Shown here: positions 20,378 through 29,668 of the stretch, piece after piece
Position numbering within the stretch: position 1 is the first letter of the stretch
How the letters are laid out: each line of letters starts with the position of its first letter
NCBI GenBank assembly: GCA_049796395.1
Contig: JBARER010000351.1
Coordinates: 898 to 64,897, forward strand
Length of the DNA stretch: 64,000 nucleotides
Source: Xanthobacteraceae bacterium
GTDB lineage: Bacteria; Pseudomonadota; Alphaproteobacteria; Rhizobiales; Xanthobacteraceae
Reading direction: 5' to 3'
Notes under the pieces: generated by a model
Seen by the model: only the letters and a program-made list of their open reading frames with translations
Database searches by the model: none
Told to the model about the DNA's origin: nothing
Position numbers and translations under genes: made by a program

Positions 20378-23300
20378 ATATATCCGCGCCATTCATCAAC
20401 CGGCCGGTGGCCACCACGCTGCTCACGCTCGGCATCGCGATCGCCGGCATTCTCGCCTTCTCGAAACTCCCGGTGGCACCGCTGCCCCAGGTCGACTTTC
20501 CGACTGTTTCGGTCAATGCCCAGCTTCCGGGCGCCAGTCCGGAGACCGTGGCGACCAGCGTTGCCGAACCACTCGAGCGCCATCTCGGCCAGATCGCCGA
20601 CGTCAGCGAAATGACCTCGAAAAGCGGCATCGGACAGACCCGTATCACGCTGCAGTTCGATCTCAACCGCGACATCGACGGAGCCGCGCGCGACGTTCAG
20701 GCGGCGATCAATGCTGCCCGCGCCGATCTGCCGGCAAGCCTCAAAAGCAATCCGACTTATCGCAAGGTCAATCCGGCCGATGCGCCGATCCTCATCCTGG
20801 CGATAACGTCGAAGACCCTCACCCAGGGCCAGATTTACGACGCCGCCAGCAACGTCTTCCAGCAGCAATTGTCGCAGATCGGCGGCATCGGACAGGTCAT
20901 CCTTGGCGGCGCGGCGCTGCCGGCCGTGCGCGTCGAGCTCAATCCGCAGGCTCTGTTCAAATACGGCATCGGTCTTGAAGATGTGCGCGCCGCGCTGGCC
21001 TCCGCCAACGCCAACAGTCCAAAAGGCACCATCGACGACGGCGGACGGCGGTTCCAGATCTACACCAACGATCAATCGACCAAGGCGGTCGATTACGCGC
21101 CGCTCATCATCGCCTATCGCAACGGCGCCGCGGTCAAATTGTCGGATGTCGCCCAGGTCAGCGACTCGGTCGAAGACGTGCGAAATCTCGGCCTGTCCAA
21201 CGGCCAGCCCTCGGTGCTGGTCATTTTGTTCCGGCAGCCGGGCGCCAACATCATCGACACCATCGACAGCGTGAAGGCGGAGCTGCCGCATCTCGAAGCT
21301 GCCATGCCGGCCGACGTCAATGTGACCATCGCCATCGATCGCTCAACCACGATCCGCCAATCGCTGCACGACACCGAATTGACGCTCGTCATCGCCATCA
21401 CCCTGGTGACGATCGTGGTCTATTTGTTCCTGCGCAATTTTCGCGCCACCATGATCCCGTCGGTAGCGGTGCCGGTTTCGATTCTCGGCACATTCGGCGC
21501 GATGTACCTGCTTGGCTACAGCCTGGACATCCTCTCGCTGATGGCGCTGACGATTGCTACAGGCTTCGTTGTCGACGACGCCATCGTGGTCTTGGAAAAC
21601 ATTTCGCGGCATATCGAAGCCGGCGTGCCACGGGTGGAGGCTGCTTTTCTGGGCGCCCGGGAGGTCGGATTCACCGTGCTATCGATCAGCCTGTCGTTGA
21701 TCGCAGTGTTTTTACCGATTCTGCTGATGGGCGGCATATTGGGCCGGCTGTTCCGCGAATTCACCATGACGCTGTCGCTCGCCATCATGATCTCGCTGGT
21801 GATTTCTCTGACCACCACGCCCATGATGTGCGCGCTATTCCTACGCAGCCAGCCGCCGCGCGAAATGCCAAGACGGCGCAGTCTGTTCGACCGCGTGCTT
21901 TCTGGCTACGAACGCTCGCTGATCTGGGCTTTGCGCCACAGCCGGGTCGTTCTCGTCGTTTTCTTCGGCGCCATCATTCTCAACGTCGTGTTGTTCTACA
22001 TCGTGCCGAAGGGTTTCTTTCCCGAAGAAGATACCGGCCGCATGATCGGCTCGCTGCAGGCCGATCAAAGCGTCTCATTTCAATTGATGACGCAAAAACT
22101 GCGGCAGATGATGGCCATCGTGCAGCAGGACCCAGCGGTGGAACATGTCGTCGGCTATACCGGCGTGGGCTCAGGCGGCGGCTTCGGCCAGATCAATACC
22201 GGTTCGGTATTCGTCTCGTTAAAACCGATCGGGCAACGGCCGCCGATGGATCAGGTAATCGCACGGCTGCGGCCAAAGTTGGCGAAAGTACCCGGTGGCC
22301 AACTATTTCTATTCGGGGTGCAGGACATCCGCGCCGGCGGCCGGCAAAGCAATGCGGAATACCAATACACCCTGCAGGCCGACGACCCGGACTTACTAGC
22401 CAAGTGGACTCCCTTGCTGGTTAAGGCGCTTGAACATTCGAAAGTCATGGCCGACGTGAACTCGGATCAGCAGCAACGGGGCCTCGAATCCGATCTGATC
22501 ATCGACCGGCCGACCGCGTCGCGGCTGGGAGTTACGCCGGCGCAGATCGACAACACCCTTTACGACGCCTTCGGGCAGCGCCAAGTCTCGGTGATTTACA
22601 GCGCCATCAATCAGTACCACGTCGTCATGGAAATAGACCCGCGCTACACGCAATATCCACAATCACTGCGGGACATTTATGTAGCGACCTCGGGCGGCGG
22701 CGCCTCCGGCACCCAGCTCAGCAACGCCCCAGCCGGCTCCGTGACGCCAGTTCAGGCCGCCAATGCCGCTGCTGCGTCGACCAGCGCGACGGCGGCCGCC
22801 ACCGCCAATAACAATTCGGCGCGCAATGCCGCCATCAATGCACTGGCTAATTCCGGCAGGGGCTCGACGTCCTCGGGCGCCGCGGTCTCCACCACGCAGG
22901 AGACGATGATCCCGCTCGCTGCGGTCAGCCATTACAGGCCGGGAAACGCGCCGCTCTCGGTCAGCCATCAGGGGCTATTCGTCGCCGACACGATTTCCTT
23001 CAATCTGCGGCCCGGCGCTGCGCTCGGTGATGCCGCTAGCGAAATCGACGCCGCGATCAAGAGCATCCGCATGCCGGCTTCGATTCACGGCGAACTCGCC
23101 GGCACCGCACAGGTATTCGCACAATCGCTCGCCAATGAACCGGTGCTGATCGCCACCGCAATTGCCGCCGTCTACATTCTTCTGGGGGTATTGTACGAGA
23201 GTTACATCCACCCGATTACGATCCTCTCGACGTTGCCGTCGGCGGGCGTCGGCGCGATCCTCGCGCTGATGCTGTTCCACACCGAGTTCAGCATCATCGC

Positions 23301-23724
23301 CCTGATCGGCGTGATTCTGCTCATCGGCATCGTCAAAAAGAACGCGATCATGATGATCGATTTCGCCGTCGAAGCAAAACGCTCGCGGAATTTGAGTTCA
23401 TACGATGCGATCTTCCAGGCATGCCTGTTGCGGTTCCGGCCGATCATGATGACCACGTCGGCCGCCATCCTGGGCGCCATCCCGTTGGCGGTGAGCTTCG
23501 GCAATGGCGGGGAGATTCGCCGGCCGCTCGGAATTTCGATCGTCGGCGGACTTTTGATCAGCCAATTGCTGACGCTTTACACGACGCCAGTGGTTTATTT
23601 GTACATGGACCGGCTCGGCCAGTGGTCGCTGCAGACGCGCGCGCGGCTGTTCCCTGGCCTGTTCGACACGCCGCCCATAACCCCAGGCGGAATGACTCCC
23701 GGCCGAATGACCCCAGCGGAATGA
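20374..23724 (+). CDS. mdtC: multidrug efflux RND permease, MdtC-like, with a low-complexity periplasmic insertion
   Basis: The N-terminal ~150 aa align almost residue by residue with E. coli MdtC as I remember it ([11 protein letters not shown]...LPGASPET...[16 protein letters not shown]). At 1116 aa it is longer than its paralogues because of an Ala/Ser/Asn/Thr-rich insert encoded at about 22690-22905. Confidence 0.88.
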   Translation: MNISAPFINRPVATTLLTLGIAIAGILAFSKLPVAPLPQVDFPTVSVNAQLPGASPETVATSVAEPLERHLGQIADVSEMTSKSGIGQTRITLQFDLNRDIDGAARDVQAAINAARADLPASLKSNPTYRKVNPADAPILILAITSKTLTQGQIYDAASNVFQQQLSQIGGIGQVILGGAALPAVRVELNPQALFKYGIGLEDVRAALASANANSPKGTIDDGGRRFQIYTNDQSTKAVDYAPLIIAYRNGAAVKLSDVAQVSDSVEDVRNLGLSNGQPSVLVILFRQPGANIIDTIDSVKAELPHLEAAMPADVNVTIAIDRSTTIRQSLHDTELTLVIAITLVTIVVYLFLRNFRATMIPSVAVPVSILGTFGAMYLLGYSLDILSLMALTIATGFVVDDAIVVLENISRHIEAGVPRVEAAFLGAREVGFTVLSISLSLIAVFLPILLMGGILGRLFREFTMTLSLAIMISLVISLTTTPMMCALFLRSQPPREMPRRRSLFDRVLSGYERSLIWALRHSRVVLVVFFGAIILNVVLFYIVPKGFFPEEDTGRMIGSLQADQSVSFQLMTQKLRQMMAIVQQDPAVEHVVGYTGVGSGGGFGQINTGSVFVSLKPIGQRPPMDQVIARLRPKLAKVPGGQLFLFGVQDIRAGGRQSNAEYQYTLQADDPDLLAKWTPLLVKALEHSKVMADVNSDQQQRGLESDLIIDRPTASRLGVTPAQIDNTLYDAFGQRQVSVIYSAINQYHVVMEIDPRYTQYPQSLRDIYVATSGGGASGTQLSNAPAGSVTPVQAANAAAASTSATAAATANNNSARNAAINALANSGRGSTSSGAAVSTTQETMIPLAAVSHYRPGNAPLSVSHQGLFVADTISFNLRPGAALGDAASEIDAAIKSIRMPASIHGELAGTAQVFAQSLANEPVLIATAIAAVYILLGVLYESYIHPITILSTLPSAGVGAILALMLFHTEFSIIALIGVILLIGIVKKNAIMMIDFAVEAKRSRNLSSYDAIFQACLLRFRPIMMTTSAAILGAIPLAVSFGNGGEIRRPLGISIVGGLLISQLLTLYTTPVVYLYMDRLGQWSLQTRARLFPGLFDTPPITPGGMTPGRMTPAE

Positions 23725-23771
23725 CGCCAGCGGAGAACAACGCCAAGCGGCCCGGCAAATCTCGCGATGCT

Positions 23772-24119
23772 TCAGCGGACGTAGATCGGCGGCCGCGTGT
23801 AACAACAGGGTAAAGCGCCCTGATCCACTACCGGACCGAGAATCTTACGCAGGCGATTAATCTCGTCCCGCGCCGCGCTGATTTGCGGGCCCTTTATGCC
23901 GTCGTCGACGTACGGATCGGCCTCCAGCCGGTCGATCAACGTAATGTCGGCATAGATGGCGTCGCGTAGGCACTGGTAACAGGAATATTCGACTTGGCCG
24001 TAGTCGCCGGCAACGGCCGGCGCGGCAACGCCGAACGAAGCTGCAACGCCTCCCAGCGCTAGAACCAAGGATAGAATCGGAGATCGAATTGCGAGAGTAA
24101 TTTTCACCGTGCGCTCCAT
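23772..24119 (-). CDS. hypothetical small secreted protein (4 Cys)
   Basis: 115 aa with a signal peptide (ILSLVLALGGVAASFGVAAPAVA) and coding-like composition. No family recognised. Confidence 0.5.
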   Translation of the reverse strand: MERTVKITLAIRSPILSLVLALGGVAASFGVAAPAVAGDYGQVEYSCYQCLRDAIYADITLIDRLEADPYVDDGIKGPQISAARDEINRLRKILGPVVDQGALPCCYTRPPIYVR

Positions 24120-24274
24120 ATGCGATCATAGCCGAATTGGCGCGACAGTGAAGTACCCGCGCGGGCAAGATCGGCCTTGGGTTCGGGTCTTGTGTTCGGC
24201 CTTGGCCACGGTAGCGTGTCCGCTCCAATAGCGCCTATTATCGCAAGCATAAGCAGGATTGGGAGTGAATTGCC

Positions 24275-25912
24275 ATGAAGGGCGCCGAGGTCATTGCCGA
24301 GATTCTCAAGCGCGAGGGGACGGAGTTTCTGTCGTGCTACCCGCGAAACCCTGTGATCGAGCCCTGCGCCGCCATCGACATTCGTCCGATTCTTTGCCGG
24401 CAGGAACGGGTCGGGGTCGGCATCGCCGACGGCTATTCGCGCATCAAACGCGGTAAGAAGAACGGCGTATTCGCCGCCCAAGCCGGCCCGGGCATCGAAA
24501 ACGCCTTCCCCGGCATTGCGCAAGCTTTTGCCGAGAATGTGCCGCTCCTCGTCGTTTCCGGCGGGCTGCCGCTGCATCGGCAATATGTGCGTCCGGTGTT
24601 CCGGGCCGCGGAGGTCTACCGTGCGGTGACGAAATGGTCGGCGCTGGCGCACAATGTGCAGGAGTTGCCGGACTTGATGCGGCGCGCCTACCAGGCCATG
24701 CGCTCCGGTAAACCGGGGCCGGTATTGATCGAAGTGCCGGATGAGGTGTTCGAGGCGGAATTCAAGGGCGCGCTCGATTATCGACCGGTGCCGTTGCAGC
24801 GCGCGGCGCCCGATCCCGCGGCGGTCAAAAAAGCGGCCGAGACGCTGCTCGCGGCCAAGCATCCCTTGCTCTGGGCCGGGCAAGGCGTGCACTACGCGGA
24901 GGCCGGCGAACAGCTCGCGGCACTGGCAGAAATGCTGCCGGCGCCGGTTGTCGCCACCAATCCGGGCAAAAGCGCGATCCCCGACAATCACCCGCTGGCG
25001 CTCGGCGGTTCGACCCGCTCGCGCTCGAAAGTATTCGCCGACTTCCTCAATAAGTCCGACGTCGTGATGGCGATCGGCTCGAGCCTCACGGTCACCCCGT
25101 TCGGTCCCGCCGTGCCGCCGGGAAAAACCATCATCCACTCCACCAATGACGCCGGCGACATCAACAAGGAATATCGTGCAGATCAGGCGGTCGTCGGCGA
25201 CGCCGGCCTCGTCATCGAAGCGCTGATCGCCGAGGTCTCCAGGCAGAAGGGACCGGGCGGCGGCAACGCGCTTGCTTCACTGAAGGAGGAAGTGGCCGCC
25301 GGCAAAAAGGCCTGGCTCGACGAGTGGGCAAAGTTCCTCAATTCCGACGAAATGCCGCTCAATCAGTATCGAGTCATCCGCGAAATGATGCGCACGCTGC
25401 CGCGCGAAGACGTCATTATCACCCACGATTCCGGCAGCCCGCGCGAGCAGATGATCCCGTTCTGGGAGACCACGGCGGCCGGCTCCTACATGGGCTGGGG
25501 CAAGTCGACCCAACTCGGCTACGGTCTCGGCATCACCATGGGCGCCAAGCTCGCGGCGCCGAAGAAACTTTGCATCAACGTGATGGGCGATGCCTCATTC
25601 GGCATGACCGGCATGGACATCGAAACGGCGTCACGCAACCGTATCGCCATCCTCACGGTGGTGTTCAATAACGGCGTCATGGGCGCCGAGCGCGACGTGC
25701 TGACGATCTCGGATGCCAAATATGGCGCCATGACGGTCGGCGGCAACTACACCAAAATAGCCGAGGGGCTCAACGTCCCGGCACGGCGCGTCGAAAAGCC
25801 GAACGATATCGTCGGCGCCATCAAAGAGGCCGCCAACACGACCGAAAAGGGCGCGCCATTCCTGCTTGAGTTCATGGTCAAAGAAGGACGCGACTTTTCT
25901 CGTTACCCGTGA
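24275..25912 (+). CDS. thiamine-pyrophosphate-dependent enzyme (acetolactate synthase large-subunit-like)
   Basis: 545 aa. N-terminal TPP Pyr domain (GAEVIAEILKREG...GIADGYSR...QAGPGIENA) and C-terminal PP-binding motif GDASFGMTGMDIETA...NNG. Confidence 0.85.
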   Translation: MKGAEVIAEILKREGTEFLSCYPRNPVIEPCAAIDIRPILCRQERVGVGIADGYSRIKRGKKNGVFAAQAGPGIENAFPGIAQAFAENVPLLVVSGGLPLHRQYVRPVFRAAEVYRAVTKWSALAHNVQELPDLMRRAYQAMRSGKPGPVLIEVPDEVFEAEFKGALDYRPVPLQRAAPDPAAVKKAAETLLAAKHPLLWAGQGVHYAEAGEQLAALAEMLPAPVVATNPGKSAIPDNHPLALGGSTRSRSKVFADFLNKSDVVMAIGSSLTVTPFGPAVPPGKTIIHSTNDAGDINKEYRADQAVVGDAGLVIEALIAEVSRQKGPGGGNALASLKEEVAAGKKAWLDEWAKFLNSDEMPLNQYRVIREMMRTLPREDVIITHDSGSPREQMIPFWETTAAGSYMGWGKSTQLGYGLGITMGAKLAAPKKLCINVMGDASFGMTGMDIETASRNRIAILTVVFNNGVMGAERDVLTISDAKYGAMTVGGNYTKIAEGLNVPARRVEKPNDIVGAIKEAANTTEKGAPFLLEFMVKEGRDFSRYP

Positions 25913-25916
25913 CCTC

Positions 25917-26405
25917 CTAACCGGCGATTTGAGCTGCGGCCGGCGCCTCACTCGCGACGACGCTTTCCAAGAGCGCCCGCAACTCTTCGGCGCGTCCGAG
26001 ACCGAAAGAATTCTCAAAGTGCGCCTGCGCCGCCTGCCAAGCTCTGCTTGCCTGCCGAAGCCGCGCCATGCCGGCGGTGGTCAGCCGTATTTCCTTGCTG
26101 CGCCGATCGGATCTGCCACTACCGATCGCGATCACGCCGTCGCGCTGCAGCGGTAAAATATTGCGGCCAAGCGTAGTGCGATCCATCACCAGCTCGGCGG
26201 CGAGCGCATTGATAGTCATCGGTCCTTTGCGTTGCAGCCTTGCAAGAATGGAATACTGAGTCGACCGTAAGCCGCTCGGCGCCAGGAATTGATCATAGAT
26301 TTGCGTGAGATGTCGCGTAGCCTGACGCAGCGCCAGGCAATTACAGGCCGCCGGATTGGTCGAAGGTATTGGCATTTGCACCATTGCAGGACTGTGGTCT
26401 TTCAT
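25917..26405 (-). CDS. MarR-family transcriptional regulator
   Basis: Winged-helix pattern LRSTQYSILARLQRKGPMTINALAAELVMDRTTLGRNILPLQRDGVI...DRRSKEIRLT. Start at MKDHS (26405). It is divergent from the MATE gene. Confidence 0.85.
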   Translation of the reverse strand: MKDHSPAMVQMPIPSTNPAACNCLALRQATRHLTQIYDQFLAPSGLRSTQYSILARLQRKGPMTINALAAELVMDRTTLGRNILPLQRDGVIAIGSGRSDRRSKEIRLTTAGMARLRQASRAWQAAQAHFENSFGLGRAEELRALLESVVASEAPAAAQIAG

Positions 26406-26478
26406 ATAAGTGCATATACGCCTATATCGGCAGTCGTTCAATAGCCGCTCGCTTCCCGGTTTGGTCCGGAGCTCCCCG

Positions 26479-27948
26479 ATGTCTGTGCACAGCGTTGCAT
26501 CTTCTGAAGCGTTGCCGGTGGCTGAGGCGGAATCCGCGCCCGCGGTGAAGGCCGGTTTCGATTCCCGCACTCGCGCTTTGATCGACGGACCGATTGTCGC
26601 AACGCTCATTCGCCTTGCTGCACCGAACATGCTGGTGATGCTGGCGCAAAGTTCGGTCGGCCTGGTCGAGACCTATTTCGTCGGCAAGCTCGGCACCGAT
26701 GCTCTGGCTGGTGTCGCGCTGGTCTTCCCGTTGTTGATGCTCATGCAAATGATGTCGGCGGGCGCCGTGGGCGGCGGTATATCCTCGTCGATCGCCCGCG
26801 CGCTCGGCTCCGGCCGCCGCGCCGACGCGGATGCGCTGGTTTGGCATGCGCTGGTCATCGCGCTTGTCTTCGGACTGACGTTCATGGCGGCACTGCTGGG
26901 GGGCGGCAGTTGGCTCTATGCGGCAATGGGCGGCAGCGGCGCAACATTGCAGGCTGCCAATACCTACTCGACTGTCGTGTTTACCGGCGCGATCCTGGTG
27001 TGGCTGTTCAACACGCTGAGCAATGTGATCCGCGGCACCGGCAACATGATCGTGCCGGCGCTCGTGACCTGCGCCGGCGTGATCGTACTTATTCCACTAT
27101 CGCCGTGCCTCATCTTTGGCTTGGGCCCGTTTCCGCGATTGGGCGTCGCCGGCGGCGCCGTTGCGGTCGTGCTCTATTACGCCGCGGGAAGCCTGGTTCT
27201 CGCCGGCTATTTGCGATCCGGCCGCAGTATCGTGCAATTGGCGTTTGGCGGCATCACATTTCGCTGGTCGCTGTTTGCCGACATATTGCGGGTGGGCTTG
27301 GTCGCGGCCTTGATCACCGTTCAAACCAATTTGACCATCGCGATTGCCACCGGCCTTGTCGGCTCCTTCGGCCCAGCGGCGATCGCCGGCTACGGCACCG
27401 GCTCGCGGCTCGAATATCTCCTGATCCCGCTCGTGTTCGGAATGGGCGGCCCGCTCGTCGCCATGGTCGGAACGAATATCGGCGCCGGCCGACGCGATCG
27501 CGCTATGCGTGTGGCTTGGATCGGCGCCGCGATCGCCGCCGGACTTTGCGAGGTGATCGGCTCTGCGGCGGCGACCGCACCACGCGCGTGGCTGTCGCTC
27601 TTCGGCACTGCGCCGGCGATGATCGACGCGGGGTCGCGCTACCTGCACACGGTCGGGCCGGTTTACGGGCTATTCGGTCTCGGCATGGCGCTTTATTTCG
27701 CTTCGCAAGGCGCCGGTCGCCTGTTGTGGCCGCTGATCGCCAATATGGCGCGGCTTGTGATCGCGGCCGGCGGCGGCTTTATCGCCTTGCGCCTGACCGG
27801 TAATCTGACCGGTGTATTCGCCGCGCTGGCCGTAGCGCTCGCCGCATTCGGCCTGATTAACGCGGTCGCCGTCGCACGCGGCGTCTGGTTCGAGGATGGC
27901 CGCCGTCACTTCTCTGCCGTGCCGCCACGGGAGCACGTGAAACAATGA
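26479..27948 (+). CDS. MATE-family efflux transporter
   Basis: 12-TM protein with the MATE N-terminal pattern (PIVATLIRLAAPNMLVMLAQSSVGLVETYFVGKLGTDALAG). ATG at 26479. The stop overlaps the next start (ATGA at 27945). Confidence 0.85.
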   Translation: MSVHSVASSEALPVAEAESAPAVKAGFDSRTRALIDGPIVATLIRLAAPNMLVMLAQSSVGLVETYFVGKLGTDALAGVALVFPLLMLMQMMSAGAVGGGISSSIARALGSGRRADADALVWHALVIALVFGLTFMAALLGGGSWLYAAMGGSGATLQAANTYSTVVFTGAILVWLFNTLSNVIRGTGNMIVPALVTCAGVIVLIPLSPCLIFGLGPFPRLGVAGGAVAVVLYYAAGSLVLAGYLRSGRSIVQLAFGGITFRWSLFADILRVGLVAALITVQTNLTIAIATGLVGSFGPAAIAGYGTGSRLEYLLIPLVFGMGGPLVAMVGTNIGAGRRDRAMRVAWIGAAIAAGLCEVIGSAAATAPRAWLSLFGTAPAMIDAGSRYLHTVGPVYGLFGLGMALYFASQGAGRLLWPLIANMARLVIAAGGGFIALRLTGNLTGVFAALAVALAAFGLINAVAVARGVWFEDGRRHFSAVPPREHVKQ

Positions 27949-28415
27949 CTGTGCGCTATTTGGACGACTTCGCTCCGGGACAAGTGTTCAAGACCGGCAC
28001 TATCCGGGTCGACAAGGAAGATATTTTCGCGTTTGCGCGGCAGTTCGATCCGCAGCCGTTCCATATCGACGAAGCAGCAGCACGCAACTCGCCTTTCCAG
28101 GGCCTCGCCGCCAGCGGCTGGCACACGGCAGCGCTGACCATGCGTCTGATGGTCGACGGCGAGTTCAAACCGGCAGGCGGCATTCTCGGCGTCGGCTTCG
28201 ACGAACTGAACTGGCCGCGCGCGGTGCGGCCTGGCGATGAACTGCACGCCGCAAGCGAAATCCTCGACGTGCGGCCGTCGAAGTCGCGCCCTGACCGCGG
28301 CATGCTCCGCGTTCGCACGACGACGTTCAACCAAAACGACGAGGCGGTCATGATGTTCACCGGCAATCTTCTGGTGCCGAGACGCCCGTCACCCTCTCAA
28401 AACGGACAAAGCTGA
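27945..28415 (+). CDS. MaoC-family (R)-specific enoyl-CoA hydratase/dehydratase
   Basis: 156 aa hot-dog fold with the motif FARQFDPQPFHIDEAAA...FQGLAASGWHTAAL. Confidence 0.8.
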   Translation: MTVRYLDDFAPGQVFKTGTIRVDKEDIFAFARQFDPQPFHIDEAAARNSPFQGLAASGWHTAALTMRLMVDGEFKPAGGILGVGFDELNWPRAVRPGDELHAASEILDVRPSKSRPDRGMLRVRTTTFNQNDEAVMMFTGNLLVPRRPSPSQNGQS

Positions 28416-29359
28416 TGCGTATTCTCGTGGTCGGTGCCGGCGCAATCGGCGGCTATTTCGGCGGCAGGCTGTTGCAGGCTGGCCGCGACGTGACGTTCCT
28501 GGTGCGGCCGCGCCGGGCAACGCAATTGGCGAAGACCGGTCTGGTGATCCGCAGTCCGGTCGGTGACCTGACGCTGCCCAACCCGCCGATGGTGATGGCG
28601 GACGCGATTTCGGCGCCCTACGATCTCGTCCTTCTCAGCTGCAAGGCCTATGACCTCCCCGGAGCTGCCGACTCTTTTGCACCGGCGCTTGGGCCGGACA
28701 GCGCCATTTTGCCATTGCTCAACGGCATGGCGCATCTGGATTACCTCAAGGGACGGTTCGGCGAGGACAAAGTGCTCGGTGGTCAATGCGTGATATCGGC
28801 CACACTCGACGCCGAAGGCCGCGTCCTTCATCTGTTGGAGACGCACAGCCTCTCCTTTGGCGAATTGAACGGCGCCGTCTCACCTCGCGCCGAGGCGATC
28901 GCCGCGGCCTTTGCGGACGCCAAATTCGACCCCAGGCTGAGCACGGCGATCCTGCAGGAAATGTGGGAGAAATGGGTGTTCATCGCGGCGACCGCCGCGG
29001 CGACATGCCTGATGCGCGCCACTGTGGGTGACATCGTTGCCGCCGGTGCCGTCGATCTGCCGCAGCGGCTGTTCGACGAATGCGCGGCAATCGCCACGGC
29101 GCACGGGTTCGAGCCGCGCGAAGCGAGCCGTACGCGCAATCTGGCCATGCTGACCACGCCGGGCTCGAGGCTCGCAGCCTCGATGCTGCGGGACATCGAG
29201 CGCGGCGCGCCGATCGAAGCCGACCACATTGTCGGCGATTTGCTGCAGCGCGGCGCGAACCTCGGCAAGGATTTTCCGCTGTTGCGCATCGCCTATGCGC
29301 ATTTAAAGGCCTACGAGGCGCGGCGGCGGCGCGAAACCGCGACAGCGTCGGCGGCCTGA
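28415..29359 (+). CDS. panE: 2-dehydropantoate 2-reductase (ketopantoate reductase family)
   Basis: N-terminal Rossmann motif MRILVVGAGAIGGYFGG and a C-terminal ApbA/PanE-type domain (SMLRDIERG...E.DHIVGDLL). Confidence 0.8.
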   Translation: MRILVVGAGAIGGYFGGRLLQAGRDVTFLVRPRRATQLAKTGLVIRSPVGDLTLPNPPMVMADAISAPYDLVLLSCKAYDLPGAADSFAPALGPDSAILPLLNGMAHLDYLKGRFGEDKVLGGQCVISATLDAEGRVLHLLETHSLSFGELNGAVSPRAEAIAAAFADAKFDPRLSTAILQEMWEKWVFIAATAAATCLMRATVGDIVAAGAVDLPQRLFDECAAIATAHGFEPREASRTRNLAMLTTPGSRLAASMLRDIERGAPIEADHIVGDLLQRGANLGKDFPLLRIAYAHLKAYEARRRRETATASAA

Positions 29360-29408
29360 CTGGCACTTTCGCGGCAACCCATTATTATTCCGCGAAAGGA
29401 GAGCAAAA

Positions 29409-29648
29409 ATGGTCAAGGTCACCTATCATATTGTCCGGCACGAGGACGGCTGGGCCTATCAGGTCAATGGGGTATTTTCCGAAGCCTTTCCGACGCACGA
29501 CGCGGCCCGAAAGGCCGCGCAACGCGCCGCTCAAGAGCAACACGTGCCGGGCGATACCCGCACCATCTCGTGGGAAGACGCGAACGGCCAATGGCACGAA
29601 GAGACGGCACGCGGTGATGACCGGCCCGACACCGACGTCGAAGGCTGA
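29409..29648 (+). CDS. DUF2188-family small protein
   Basis: 79 aa. YHIVRHEDGWAYQVNG...FPTHDAARKAA is the DUF2188 pattern. Strong SD (AAAGGAGAG) upstream. Confidence 0.6.
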   Translation: MVKVTYHIVRHEDGWAYQVNGVFSEAFPTHDAARKAAQRAAQEQHVPGDTRTISWEDANGQWHEETARGDDRPDTDVEG

Positions 29649-29668
29649 GTACGCCCGGAGGAACGACA

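Noticed and set aside
24104-25138. 344-aa minus-strand ORF opposite the TPP enzyme gene. Similar long antisense ORFs lie at 15948-17174, 20299-21291, 29684-30757, 30769-31710, 53813-54598, 56497-57711 and 6950-8113.
   Set aside because: Each one overlaps a gene with clear family signatures on the other strand. Their translations are Arg-rich and repetitive, with no start context or motifs.
29361-29376. Weaker sigma-54-like motif TGGCACTTTCGCGGC upstream of the DUF2188 gene
   Set aside because: The GG/GC spacing is correct but the -12 element (CGGC) deviates from TTGC. A simple SD-containing leader and a nearby 8-bp hairpin explain the region. The evidence is too weak to report as a feature.
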